Shown here piece after piece: positions 26,757 to 38,150 of a stretch of DNA of 46,532 bases. The first letter of the stretch is position 1; each line of letters starts with the position of its first letter. A program made the translations under genes and the position numbers. The stretch comes from Catajapyx aquilonaris (Eukaryota): NCBI GenBank assembly GCA_000934665.2, contig JYFJ02006199.1, forward strand, positions 1 through 46,532, in the 5' to 3' direction. A model generated the notes under the pieces. It made no database searches and was not told the origin of the DNA. It saw only the letters and a list, made by a program, of their open reading frames with translations.

Positions 26757-27006
26757 AATTAGAGGTATCATGTAAGAGTCGGGTCCCTCCTTGTATTGAA
26801 ACAAGGTTAAATAAATTGATTGATTGATTAACAACTTGATTATGCATTTACACGTACAGTAAGTACAGTACAATCGATCACTCAACCCACCAATACAAAG
26901 ACATAGTAAATACCTCATTTGTTTACTCTCTTCTTTTTCTTTTGAATTACCTGTGAAAATACAGTATATCAAGGAAACCTTGAGTGAATGTTAATTGCAG
27001 CTGTAA

Positions 27007-27111
27007 GGGCCGGTTTCACCGAGCTCAGTATATGATAAAACCAGGGTATTTCTCAGGGATTTTGAGAAATACCCTGGTTTTATCATATACCAAGCTCGGT
27101 GAAACCGGCCC
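27007..27111. mobile_element. 105-bp Harbinger/Tourist-type hairpin MITE
   Basis: taa|gggccggtttcaccgagct ... agctcggtgaaaccggccc|taa. Confidence 0.85.
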
Positions 27112-27842
27112 TAAGAAATGGAGTGCTGAGGTACTACATATACGTGGAGCCTAACCGTAATGCCAGTTGGTACTGCCACCGCTATTGGAGTGGTCAATAA
27201 AAGGTTAGCAAAAGTCTCAGGTGGAGTCAGCAGGTGCAAGGTGCATGATCTGGTCCTATTCTGGGTGCTCCACCTCTCACTTGATCAAAGGAAAGACAGC
27301 AGCTGACCACTAGACAGGCCTAACATTTTTCACAGATTTTTTTTACCTACTGAAAAGTACCGTGTATCATATGCATCATATATGCATCATCCAACAATCT
27401 ACATGAACTCACTGTAAAGCAACAGACATATACTTGAGGCAATATTACCCTTCTCCATCCTGATAGGACTGTGTTCGAGTTACGGCGACCCAACCATAAC
27501 GGCCTGATAGGACTGTGCTTCAGCTTTCTTCGGTGACTGAAAAGTACCAGAACTAATATACAATAGTAATGATGGAAGATCAATGTTTTATTTCTGTAGA
27601 AATACAAGTTCCATGTTTCAAGAAGGATAGTGTGACTTGGCTATTAAAAATTACACATCAAAGTTATATCCTTCAAAATTCTCAGCAAGAATCTACAAAA
27701 TTTTTATCCATTATGAATACTGACTTGATTCTTAAAACTAACAAAATTTCGATAGGCCTTTCAGCTAGGTTGTCTTCTGCTGTTTTAAGACACCTTTGTT
27801 TCTATTGCTCAAAGGCAGCCTATAGGCTTTGTTTAACAATAA

Positions 27843-28538
27843 CTCCTTCGGTACCAGATCTAGGCGATGAGATTCGCTTCTGTTCAACTTGCACGTACTC
27901 TGAAGATACACAAGATATTTTACAAAAAATAACCGCTATACTAACACATTCATGCTGTACACTATGAATATGTTTGGAACCATTTTCCACTTCTAGAATT
28001 CGCAAAATTAATTTCCAAAAAAATCGCCGTAAAAACTCGAAATTAAATTACAGCCAACCAACTGTTAGGCTGATTTCATTATGAAATACGTTAAAATAAA
28101 CGGAATAACAACCTTGAGAATCGTGTTTTAACGAATCAGCTGAAATCGTCACACTTCATGAGAATTAAATTCATACTTACTGCGGCTTGCCTCCCACTTC
28201 GGAAACTCCAAAATTCATTTAATTCTCACAAGTACGACAGTTTCAGCAGATTCATCACAGCACAATTCTCAAGGTTGTTATTCTGTATATTTTAACATAT
28301 TTCATAATTAAATCAGCCTGACAGTTGGCACGAAGTGATTTAATTTCGAGTTTTTACAGCAATTTTTTTGGAAATTAATTTTGCAACTTCCAGAAGTGGC
28401 ATATTCATAGTGTACACTGTACCGCATGAACGTGTAAGTATAGCTGTTATTATTTGTAAAATATCTTGTCCATATCTTCAGAGTACGGGCAAGTTGAACA
28501 GAAGCAAATCTCATCGCCTAGATCTGGTAGCGAAGGGG
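27843..28538. mobile_element. Old palindromic piggyBac-type MITE
   Basis: ccttcg.taccagatctaggcgatgagatt.gcttctgttcaacttgc inverted at both ends; gggg|ttaa at the right end. Confidence 0.75.
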
Positions 28539-28970
28539 TTAAAGATGCATGTGACTGATGATGTGACATGAACATGGCTTCATTATGAAGGGTGAAAAAA
28601 TGGATTTTATCGGTGAATCATACATGCAGTCAAATAATCATCCATGGCCAACACTGACTGTATACAATCATTGCAAGCAAATAAAAATTGGCAATAAAAA
28701 GCAACTCTCACGTTAAAATTATAGCAGTCCTTGTAAAAATTTAAAACTCCTGTAACAAACTGGGCATTCATTTTGGCAGAAAGGCTCTTACAAACAATAA
28801 TATCCAAATCTCATAAATACATTTAACACATTTTATGAGTTAAACATAATATGTAAAATTATCTGCATGTTTCAACATCCAATAGTCTCCCATAGTAACC
28901 AACTTTGTTCAAAAAAGCACCTCTCTGAATTACACAATAAGCAACATGAGACAGCACCTGCATGTGGCAC

Positions 28971-30565
28971 TTATGCTGGACGTATTTTAATCATGTAGTC
29001 AGGGTAAAAGGTATTATCATAGTACTTGACAAAGATTTTTGGGAGTATTTCCCTGTCTACAGTGGTGTCATACTGATGTCCACTAACAGGATCGTATGGA
29101 GGCCTGTGGATTGAGGCTGATCCCTGCACAGTCTTACCGACTAACACCTTGCATAAGAACATAATTTTAGGATCATCATCTTGTGTGCAATATGAGAGGG
29201 AGTACTTGGCACTTGAAGAGAAGTAAACTCCTTTCCCATAGGCATGGCCAACATGTGTACCAGTTAGCCTCCAATCAAAATTTTCTTCGCAAATTTTCTT
29301 ACACACTGAGGAAGAAGTTCCATGGAACAGCTTTTGTTCATTGACCTTACTAACATCATTCTTATTCATCATCAACATAACATGTTTCTTTGCCTGATAG
29401 CTTGACCACAGCATGGGATTCTGTATACGGAAAATGGATAGAGCCTTAATTTGAGAAGGATCAATTGTTTCATGAAGATGATTCGCTACACGCTGATACT
29501 CAGTTGAAAGTTTATCTACCTTGAACTTTTGATAAATGTCATCAGTCTCATTTCCCATTTTTTCCCAACACTCAGGTATCTCTGAAATGCTGAGAGTTGG
29601 ACTCCTTGTCATGGGACTGGCTTCAACCCTCTTGACTGGCCTAGTATAACCCGTTGAAAGGTTCTTCTGCCTCATATTAGAAAAACTGATTGTGTATTGC
29701 TTACCATTATCAGCACCAAACAACATCATACCTTTAGGATTTTGCTGATATTCCAACTCAATTGAACTTGAAACAACATTAGCAGAGGACTTACGCACAG
29801 GACATTCATGGTCATAAGACGTCCAGTGACCTGTGTCATCCTTCCAATACCAAATGGCCACATCCACAGGTTTGGGACGCCTACGAACTGGAACAGATCC
29901 TGATCTAGTTGTTTGCTCTCTATCAGACAATTTCACAATGTGACCTGGGGCGAGTTGCACAGTCTGCATGGGGTTTTCCTGAAAGGCCTTCTCAAGTGCT
30001 ATTGTTTTTGAATCAACATACTCCTTCCATGTACCGTCAAAGCAATACCATTTCCACACAACAGCATTTCGGTAATTACTCAAAGGGAGTGTGGTCAAGC
30101 GACGCATTTTTAGGTCACTAGTGTCACCATTTTCTTCTTTTAACCTGAGTAACTCAAAGTCAACGTTCCACCTGTAATCATCTAACATGACCTTCAGAGG
30201 ATGATCACCAGGCAGTCCATGTTGTTTGGGCAAATCCACAGTGTTTGTTGAGACATTGCAGTAATCTTTCTCCAGTTTGAATGAGCAATAATCTGGCAAA
30301 TTCAGCCACACTGTTCCATCTGAACTTACTTGCCACAAATAATGCTTCTTGGAATGGTGGTCGGGACACATTACATCTACACAACAATCTTCTAAAAAAG
30401 CCTGGCAGATATTAGGTTGAGCAGCAGGTAAAGGAGATTCCAACAGCTCAAAGTTAGCTTCAAGTAGAGATGATAATGTAAGCTCTATAGTACTTAATCT
30501 TGCGATGCCTTTCTCTTTCTCTATGAACACAAAAACCCAAGGTGCTTCATCTGCTACTTCTGCTT
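28971..30565 (-). CDS. Gene A terminal coding exon: CCCH finger + 3 WWE-like domains + PARP (mono-ADP-ribosyltransferase) catalytic domain; PARP12/ZC3HAV1/TIPARP-like
   Basis: 519-aa ORF 28971-30530 extends in frame to the acceptor ttttttacag at 30566. Motifs: CQAFLEDCCVDVMCPDHH; YLWQ..W; WKWYCFDGTWKEY..LEKAF..VRRRP; WYWKDDTGHWTSY..IELEY..YTISFSNMRQKNLSTGYTRPVKR; RIQNPMLW; LFHGTS; YGKGVYF; MFLCKVLVG; YDTTVD; IFVKYYDNTFYPDYMI. Confidence 0.95.
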
Positions 30566-30642
30566 CTGTAAAAAATCAATATTGTATTATTTCTGTATTT
30601 ACAAAATAGTCTTGCATTAAGTCTCACAAATCCACCACTTAC

Positions 30643-30742
30643 TTTTGTCCCCACTATTCTTTGTGTGCAAGAATGGGCAATGCTCTTTTTGGCATCCACC
30701 TGGCTGACTTTCATAATAGCAGGCCACAACTGAACGATTGAC
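30643..30742 (-). CDS. Gene A exon 3: third ZC3H11A-type CCCH finger (VNRSVVACYYESQPGGCQKEHCPFLHTKNSGDK)
   Basis: 100-nt exon, ctttag acceptor, gtaagt donor, phase 0 to 1. A 77-nt intron joins it in frame to the PARP exon. Resembles ZC3H11A finger 3 (CYWENQPxGCQK..C.F.H). Confidence 0.9.
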
Positions 30743-31105
30743 CTAAAGCATAATAAAAGAATTAACAAAGAACCTAACTGAAAATATTACAATAATTCTG
30801 AATTAACCTTTAAGTAGCATATAGATTTGACCATACTTGGAACCACGGCCTATTACTTAGGTCACGCAACTCCTTCCCCCTGTGCGCGAGTTTTGCTGCG
30901 CATGGGCTTGGCGCTGCCTTCCTCCACAGAGCACAACTTTGACGTCCCGTTCGGGTGGCTGGCTCTGCGACTTTCCCTACCGACCCAGCTGCATTGGAGA
31001 GAATGGTTCCGGTTGGTTCAGAAAAGCATCCGCCCGAATGTGACGTCAAAGTTGTGCTCTGTGGAGCGATGCCAGGGCCAAATAGAACATTCTACCATGG
31101 GGGGN

Positions 31106-31106
<1 letters not shown>

Positions 31107-31142
<36 letters not shown>
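31107..31142. repeat. (GA)n microsatellite next to an N base
   Basis: Seen directly. Confidence 0.95.
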
Positions 31143-31143
<1 letters not shown>

Positions 31144-31698
31144 AACTAAGCTCATGCCCTTCCCTGTATAGCTAGATAGGGAGTTGCAGGGGGGTGCTTG
31201 GAACCAAGATGTGTACAGTACATTAGTTCTATCAGTCAAATATTTTTGCATCTGATCACTTATGCACTTATCACTTGCATTACTTATGAGAAAGTGGTCT
31301 TGGATAATATTTGGATTATAGTTGACATTGATTTATAGTCTGGACAGTCCCAGGTATTCACATTATTAACATGACCAAAATTAATATGCAATTATGTGTG
31401 TAATGGAACTGAAGTTTCCAAAATCTGAAAAATTTTGTCTTATCAATTAGAAGAAAACATCAGTCTGAGACAAAAGGCACACTTGTTTCCAACACACTGT
31501 ACATGACAGAGAGAACATGATATTTTAAATGGTACAACACGGGCTAGGAGTAGTACCAGTATTTTGGGCTTTCTCAAAAGTTGGTTCATTGGACTTGTGG
31601 TTTTCGTAACAACTGATTCAAATATTCTCAACATACTCTCTAACATGGATTGCACCTCATGACGTATGGCATCATATCCACTTAATATAGCAAATCTA

Positions 31699-31871
31699 CA
31701 GGGTGACTCTAAAGTCAGGATACATAGGTCATTGGATTGTTTGTTTCCAGTTGTGCCAACTACCAGTTTGTTCACAGTCAGTAAAGGTACAGTTGGCAGT
31801 TGGAGTTGGCACAACTGGCAACAAACGCTGCAATCCAATTACCTATGTATCCTGACTTTAGAGTCACCCTG
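31699..31871. mobile_element. Tc1/mariner-type MITE
   Basis: ta|cagggtgactctaaagtcaggatacataggt ... acctatgtatcctgactttagagtcaccctg|ta. Confidence 0.9.
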
Positions 31872-33199
31872 TATATTCACTCTCTCCACAGATGATTTGG
31901 AAAAGCAGGTTTGTACAGCAAGTGATTCACCTAGAATTAAGGTCTAAACTCATATCAACTTGAAACTCCGACTTGTACGTGTGAGTCACACTTTTGCTTG
32001 CGGAAATGACAGATGCATGCGATGGAATGCTGTTGCTGCGAATGTGCAGGTCTCTGGTTGATTCTCACTACACGCAACTGTTGGCAGTGCCGTGTGTTTG
32101 TGGCTTTGATTTACCACTGGTAGATCGTATGCGCAAGCACATTCCACAAGCACGGCCCCTGGTAACCCATCACCGTCCCTGTGGGTGGTCACATGGGACC
32201 CTCCTGCTTTCCATGCACACTGTCCCCTTCTCTTAGCATCCCTGCCAATTGTTGCTGTTCGATTCTTGCACTGTTTGATTATTGCACTTCATGCCATAAT
32301 GCACATGCATCCTCGTGGAATAATTTGAAGGCTCATGTGCAGAGGAGGATGGAATCCAATGTGCACAAGTTAGAGTTTCAAGTCAATATAAGTCTGTACA
32401 CAAAATACATTGTGGCTTTCAAGATACCTACTGAAACAGTCCACATAGAGGAATACCGTATTACTTCACTTAAAGCGGCATGCCACAATAACAGAGGTCG
32501 ATTTCCATGATTTTGATCCTTGTCAAATTTTTTGGAATGCTTCTGGTAGAGTACCATCCTAAAATAATGTTATGGTGGAAAATGTGCCAGTAAAGGGCTG
32601 TGAGAATATGCAAGTTCATCTGTTGCACATGGTATACAGTGTGACCAATCCCATATTCAGCCTGCTATGAGAGGGGAACCCCCCTAAACATTACAAAGGA
32701 ACAAGGCAAATTCCTTCAGTCCTTCGTTGTGCTCAATAGTTCGCTGGTCACAGATCTTATTGGTGATCAGAGGATCACTTCAAGTAGTTGTATTAATTTG
32801 TCTGAGAAGTCATGTTACTTAGATAATAAAATCCAAACTCAACATATGAAATATCCTGGTAGGTATGCTTCCCTTCTTGCAGTCTTGCCCTTTTAATTGA
32901 AAATATTGCCGTGAAATCTTAACTCAAAATACGATCTTATAGGATGTGTCAGGCATAAGTGTCCTGGGCTATCGGCATCATAGAACATATATTCATTTGA
33001 ATAATAATAATTTTCGCAGACTGCGTGATAATGCTGTGTTCAAGAAAAACTCCCCTCATACCAGCATACCTCACTTAGACGGGCATGCCGGGATAGCCAC
33101 CAGATTGTGCATTTCTAAAAACTGGTACTACACGACTACACCAGCATGCCGCTTTAAGTGAGGTAATATGGTCACATCTTGTACAAAAAGTGATCTCAC

Positions 33200-33319
33200 C
33201 TTCAGATTCATGTGACGAAATTCACACTGAGGTTTGGTGCATGATTTCTTCAGCCAAAATTTGCAGACAACTTCATTTTTCCGTGCAGCTGGTTCGTGTC
33301 GATACAAGCACTGTTCTCC
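33200..33319 (-). CDS. Gene A exon 2: end of finger 1 and finger 2 (GEQCLYRHEPAARKNEVVCKFWLKKSCTKPQCEFRHMNLK), ZC3H11A-type
   Basis: 120-nt exon, ttgcag acceptor, gtgaga donor, phase 0/0; close to the ZC3H11A N-terminal finger sequence. Confidence 0.92.
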
Positions 33320-34721
33320 CTGCAATAATACAGGAAAATTATCACATGTAATAATGGCAGTAACTGGTAACATACTTGTCCAACATTAAAATACATAAAT
33401 GATGTGGATGTGGTCATTACAATGTATCATCCCTGTAAGATTAATTTTTCCGTGACATCACATTTTAAAACCAGTAATTCACAATATGACCATAATCAAT
33501 ATTCATGGATTTTTTTTCTCAACCAGAACAGTCTCTTTAGGCTCAATATTTGTACACATGTGGGTCATTCCATGTCAATTCACCAAGCCCCCTGACCCTT
33601 GGGTTGTCAGATCATGATGAAAAACGGCACATCGCTTTAATTACATCCTCCAAGAATACCATTTGCGTGGTTTTGCAATTTACCCCCCCTCCCCGGAGAT
33701 ACTCCCACCGAAAAAAAATTGCCTTTTCGGAAGGTAAGGTTTCAGAAATCGGTTATATATCTTGAACCAATTGAGCTATAGAGGTCATCCACCACTCTAT
33801 TTCAATGTATTTGAGAGCCCAATCTCCCTTACCATTAAAAATTCGGATTTTGACTTTTTTGAAAATTTTGTCACATTTTCAAAATTTCAAATTTCTTTTT
33901 GAAGAATTCCTCCCAATTTAAAAAATCCGATTTTTAAATCATGATAGCTCAGACCCTTTCCTTGACCTAGAAAAATATCCAAGTAGGAGTTTTTTGACTT
34001 AATCCTGTAATGCCCACTGGGTCATATCTGGCACACCATTTCGTGCAATTTTTGCAATTTTTATATTTCCTGTAAGTGCCAAATTGCACTAAATGGTGTG
34101 CCAGATAAGACCCATTTGCATTACATGCATTACAGGGTTAAGGAAAATAATTGTACTTGAAGAAGTGCATCTGCATGTGCACCCAATAATTACACTAGGC
34201 GCCATATCATTCTCATGTCGTTCATGATGGAAGCAGAATTGGAAACAAGTTGGTAGCAAACCTTTTTAGACTAATTCGACCACGCTGATTTGGAAAATCG
34301 AGGTTAGAACTCTAGATTTCGGATCCTTCTGACACAAAAACAAGATGGCGTCCAAGGTTATGGCATTTATAAGAATTACAAGGCAGTCGCGAATTTTTGC
34401 CCTAAATGTGGCATGTGAGGTGTGGTTTTAGGAGTTCTGGGTCGATAAGGTCAACCCTGAGTGACCCAAGGTCATATGACGTCACTGGAAGTAGAAAATT
34501 TGAAGTGACAGGTAGTTTTACGGACTTGAAAGATCTCGTTCATTGCACACAGATAAAAGTTACGGAATACGTTGTGACAGCTACATTATGTTACATTATG
34601 ACAAACACATAAGTCTTTGATGCTAACCATCAGACTGGGTTCAGTGCTTACCGGTAAGTGAAGCCATTTACGTGTACCTGTATATCTATGGTAGTACCTG
34701 TGAGCATTTTGTATTTGGGTT

Positions 34722-34726
<5 letters not shown>

Positions 34727-34784
<58 letters not shown>

Positions 34785-35541
34785 TAATAATTCTTGGGTA
34801 GTGCCTGACCCTATATAGGGTATGCGGCCCGGACCTTTATTGTAACTTGTAGTACATAGACCATATTTTTGAAACGCCCGGGCCCACGGGCAGGATGACA
34901 GGAGGGGATGTGCAAGGTGCAGTGCAATGTCTTAATCTTGGCCATTTTTAGTGAACTCTCCCGGTGGTTTAGTCTATTGGAAATACCACCCGAGACGAAG
35001 CCAGAGGTGACCCTGAACTCTGCACGAGATGAAGGGGGTGTCCCCGGGCTGGGATACTCGGGAGTCGGGACCTTAAAGGGACACTCCACTCATAAAACAA
35101 GTTTGGCTCTAAAAATCGGGCAAAAAATCCTGAATCCGAAGGTGCAATCCGTTTTTCGCTACACGGAACGGTAATCCCAGGGCGAGGGGTCAAAGTGGGG
35201 AAATTCAAATAGTGCGCTAGAAGCTGGCCATCCGCCAGCGACGCCCTCGGGACCTTGGGAACTGGAGGGCTGCTCCCGCCTGCCCACGCGCTTAGGCCCA
35301 TCCCAGAGCGGTGCAGCCTTCCAGTTTCCCTGTTCCCCGCGTGGAGGCGCCGCTCATTAGCAGACGACACACTTTGACACCTCGCCCTGGGATTACCGTT
35401 ACACGTAGCGAAAAACGAATTGCACCTTCGGATTCAGGATTTTTTGCACGATTTTTAGAGCCAAACTTGTTTTTTGAGTGGAGTGTCCCTTTAACATCCG
35501 TGGGCGCATACGTTACCGCAGCACCACTCCGCCTCCCTTAC
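34727..35541 (-). mobile_element. tRNA-derived SINE with 12-bp TSD, interrupted by a TTAA MITE
   Basis: TSD ttgggttacatt (34715-34726 and 35542-35553); (TTA)n tail; homologous to 9657-9955. Confidence 0.85.
35077..35490. mobile_element. Kolobok-type MITE (AG..CT termini, TTAA TSD)
   Basis: ttaa|agggacactccactca ... tgagtggagtgtccct|ttaa; ~120-bp inverted arms. Confidence 0.8.
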
Positions 35542-36296
35542 TTGGGTTACATTGCTCATAGTTATTACGGATGCATTTCATAGCACTTCATGTTTGTCAT
35601 AATGTAATATGTTATTGCCAGATAACATATTCCGTGACTTTTATCTGTGTGCAATGAACGAGATCTTTCAAGTCCGTAAAACTACCTGTCACTTCAAATT
35701 TTCTACTTCCAGCAATGTCATATGACATGGGCCAGAAGGGCTTACAAACCCGGATTTCTTTCACTATGGCTGGATACCCTTCCAGTCGGAGTCCTTGACA
35801 AAAAATTTATTCCACCCTGGGATTTCAAGCCCTTTTGGTTTTACAGGCCTTTGAAATTGGAAAAATGTATCATTTTTATGGCTATATTGAAGCTCATTAA
35901 AGTCCCAGTTACCAATATTTTATCTTACATGTATATACATATTCTAAAAGGCCAAGACCTCTAGTTTCATGCAGTGAAATTCAGAACATCCTATGTTTGA
36001 CAGAAACCAAACGGCAGCCTCTTTTCAAAACCCCTGTAAAAGCTTGTTTTTGCTTGTCGCAGTGAAGAAAATTGAGTGTGAATCTAAGATGGTGACACAT
36101 AAAAAAATTAACTAAAATAGTTTTGAGTACATCATTATCAAGGCCACCCATGGTGAAAATATTTTAAAAAACTAGATGGTCGAGCAACCATCTAATATAA
36201 AATTGGCTGATTTCACATGGAATGCTACAATGAGCTGCTTCACCTACAGGCATGACTATCTCACTTTAGTTGTAACGGATGTGTTATTGTGCATAC

Positions 36297-36461
36297 TTTG
36301 TCACATTTGGAGTAGTAGTAGTAATAGCAGTCGTCAGCATTTTTTTGCACTCCTGTGGCATGTCCATGTTGAGCACCTCTTCTTGTACCTCTACTTGGAG
36401 TGGCATGACCCTGGCCCCTGCCGAATGGAGAGCTGTTCCTGGGTGTTGATGATCTACTCAT
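36297..36461 (-). CDS. Gene A first coding exon: RG/S-rich N-terminus + start of finger 1 (MSRSSTP...DDCYYYYYSKCDK)
   Basis: Acceptor tgttgcag before 36469, ATG at 36461, gtatgc donor after 36297, 55 codons; DCYYYYYSKCDK matches the ZC3H11A finger 1 start. Confidence 0.88.
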
Positions 36462-37539
36462 CTTAACATCTGCAACACAAGAGTAGGATAAAATCCAAAA
36501 AGTGCCTAGTTTCAGCTATGTACTATTTTAAAATTGTACAAAGAATATGACAATAAATAAAACTAACATCTTTACGTATTAAAACATTTTACTGTATACT
36601 GTACAGAGTGGTGACGATAAATGAGGACAAATGAACAAGTAGATAGAAACATCGCTAAAAAGAGGAACAGATGATTATAATGAAAATAAATTATGTCGCT
36701 GAAAAGTGCGATCGTTGAATTTAATTTCGCCTAAAACCATTTTCAGCTGAAGTTCTTCTCTCCAAATTGCAATTTTGCCGAAAACCACTTTCGGTGAATG
36801 TTCCTGTTGCCGGAAAATGCGTTCACCGAATTTAATTTTCGCCCAATGGTAGTCACCAAATCGTCATTTGCAGAGTTTTCTTTCGCCGAGTTTATCGGGA
36901 ACCCCACGATAGGTGTGGCTCTCTTGTCCTATTGGCTAGTCACGGTGCGGTTGACAATGTGGACCATGGCAGTTTTGTACACCCAAGAGAGACAGCATGC
37001 TTATTGCTATACCAATTACAATAATCTACATATTGTCATCCTTGTACTGTTAGACTGCAAAATGTGTCCTAATTTACCAGCGCCACCCTGTATGAATGAA
37101 TTATTAAATAACTGTCCTACCTCAAAGATGTAGGCAGACAGGAAATGTAGCATTTTCATGCCATATGCCCAAATGGTAATCATGTAAGAGGGCTGTAAAT
37201 AAAAGAGTAGCAACACATCTCTAGAAAATCAGTGACATGTAGGAAGTTTACACAGCTTATGCCACAGATAGGTTGGTTCTTGATCTAACCTCTGAGCATA
37301 ATGCGATCATCCCACTTCTACATATGCATGCGCAAAAATCCCCCCTCAAGAGCCGAAAAAGGCTGATAACGGGGTAAGATATTATTATTATTATTACATA
37401 TGCATGTGCAGTAAAGATTATAGCGTGAGCTGTCACAATCAACTGTCAACAGGCGATGTTTTCTTAATTTGAGCAAAGGTGCTGGCTAAAAATTGCAAAT
37501 TTGTCATGAAGGGCTTTTAGAGGCTTGTGGGGAACATGC

Positions 37540-38150
37540 ATTGCCATATAGAACGGTTGCAAGGTGGGCAAAAGCCAGGGAAGGCAAAATGTGACAGATG
37601 AGTCCCCGTCTCAGACGTCCAAGTGCAAGTGAGGAACAAGTGGCTGCTGTTTCCGCATTGATGGAGAATGATAGGAGGTGCACAGTTCGTGAGTCAGCCA
37701 GTGAGATAGGCGAGGCAATAGGCACCATCTCCGGCCAGCTTTGAGGACGAAATGACATCACTTTCTGCAGAATCCGCCCATCATTTTACATGACAATGCT
37801 CGACCGCATGTTGCAGAAGTTGTGAATCAGTTATTCACTTGATTGGGTTGGGAAGTGCTCCACCACCCACCACACTCACCTGACATAAGCCCGTGGGACT
37901 TTGAGTTGATTTCTAAAATGAAGGACCATTTCGCAGCATTCGTTTCAAGACTATCACAGACCTTCGCGCTTTAGACTGCTCTATATGAAACATCAACCAA
38001 ACCAGCCGTGTCAACAGAATCCTTCGACTTCCACATCGCTGGCAACGAGTGTTGCACAACGCTTGTGTCAACATTGAAGGGCTCTGAAAGTTGGAAGCTG
38101 CCATGCATTTCCAGTCCCAAGTAATTAAATAGTTGCCACTATTTTATTTA
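37540..38150 (+). mobile_element. Internally deleted mariner transposase relic
   Basis: MENDRRCTVRE; LHDNARPH; WEVLHHPPHSPDISPWDF; LPHRWQ. Confidence 0.85.

Noticed and set aside
28971..30530. Stand-alone intronless PARP gene nested in a ZC3H11A intron (ZBED6-like arrangement)
   Set aside because: The ORF starts at GTG, and a strong in-phase acceptor at 30566 links it to the finger exon 77 nt away; the paralog has a homologous exon start
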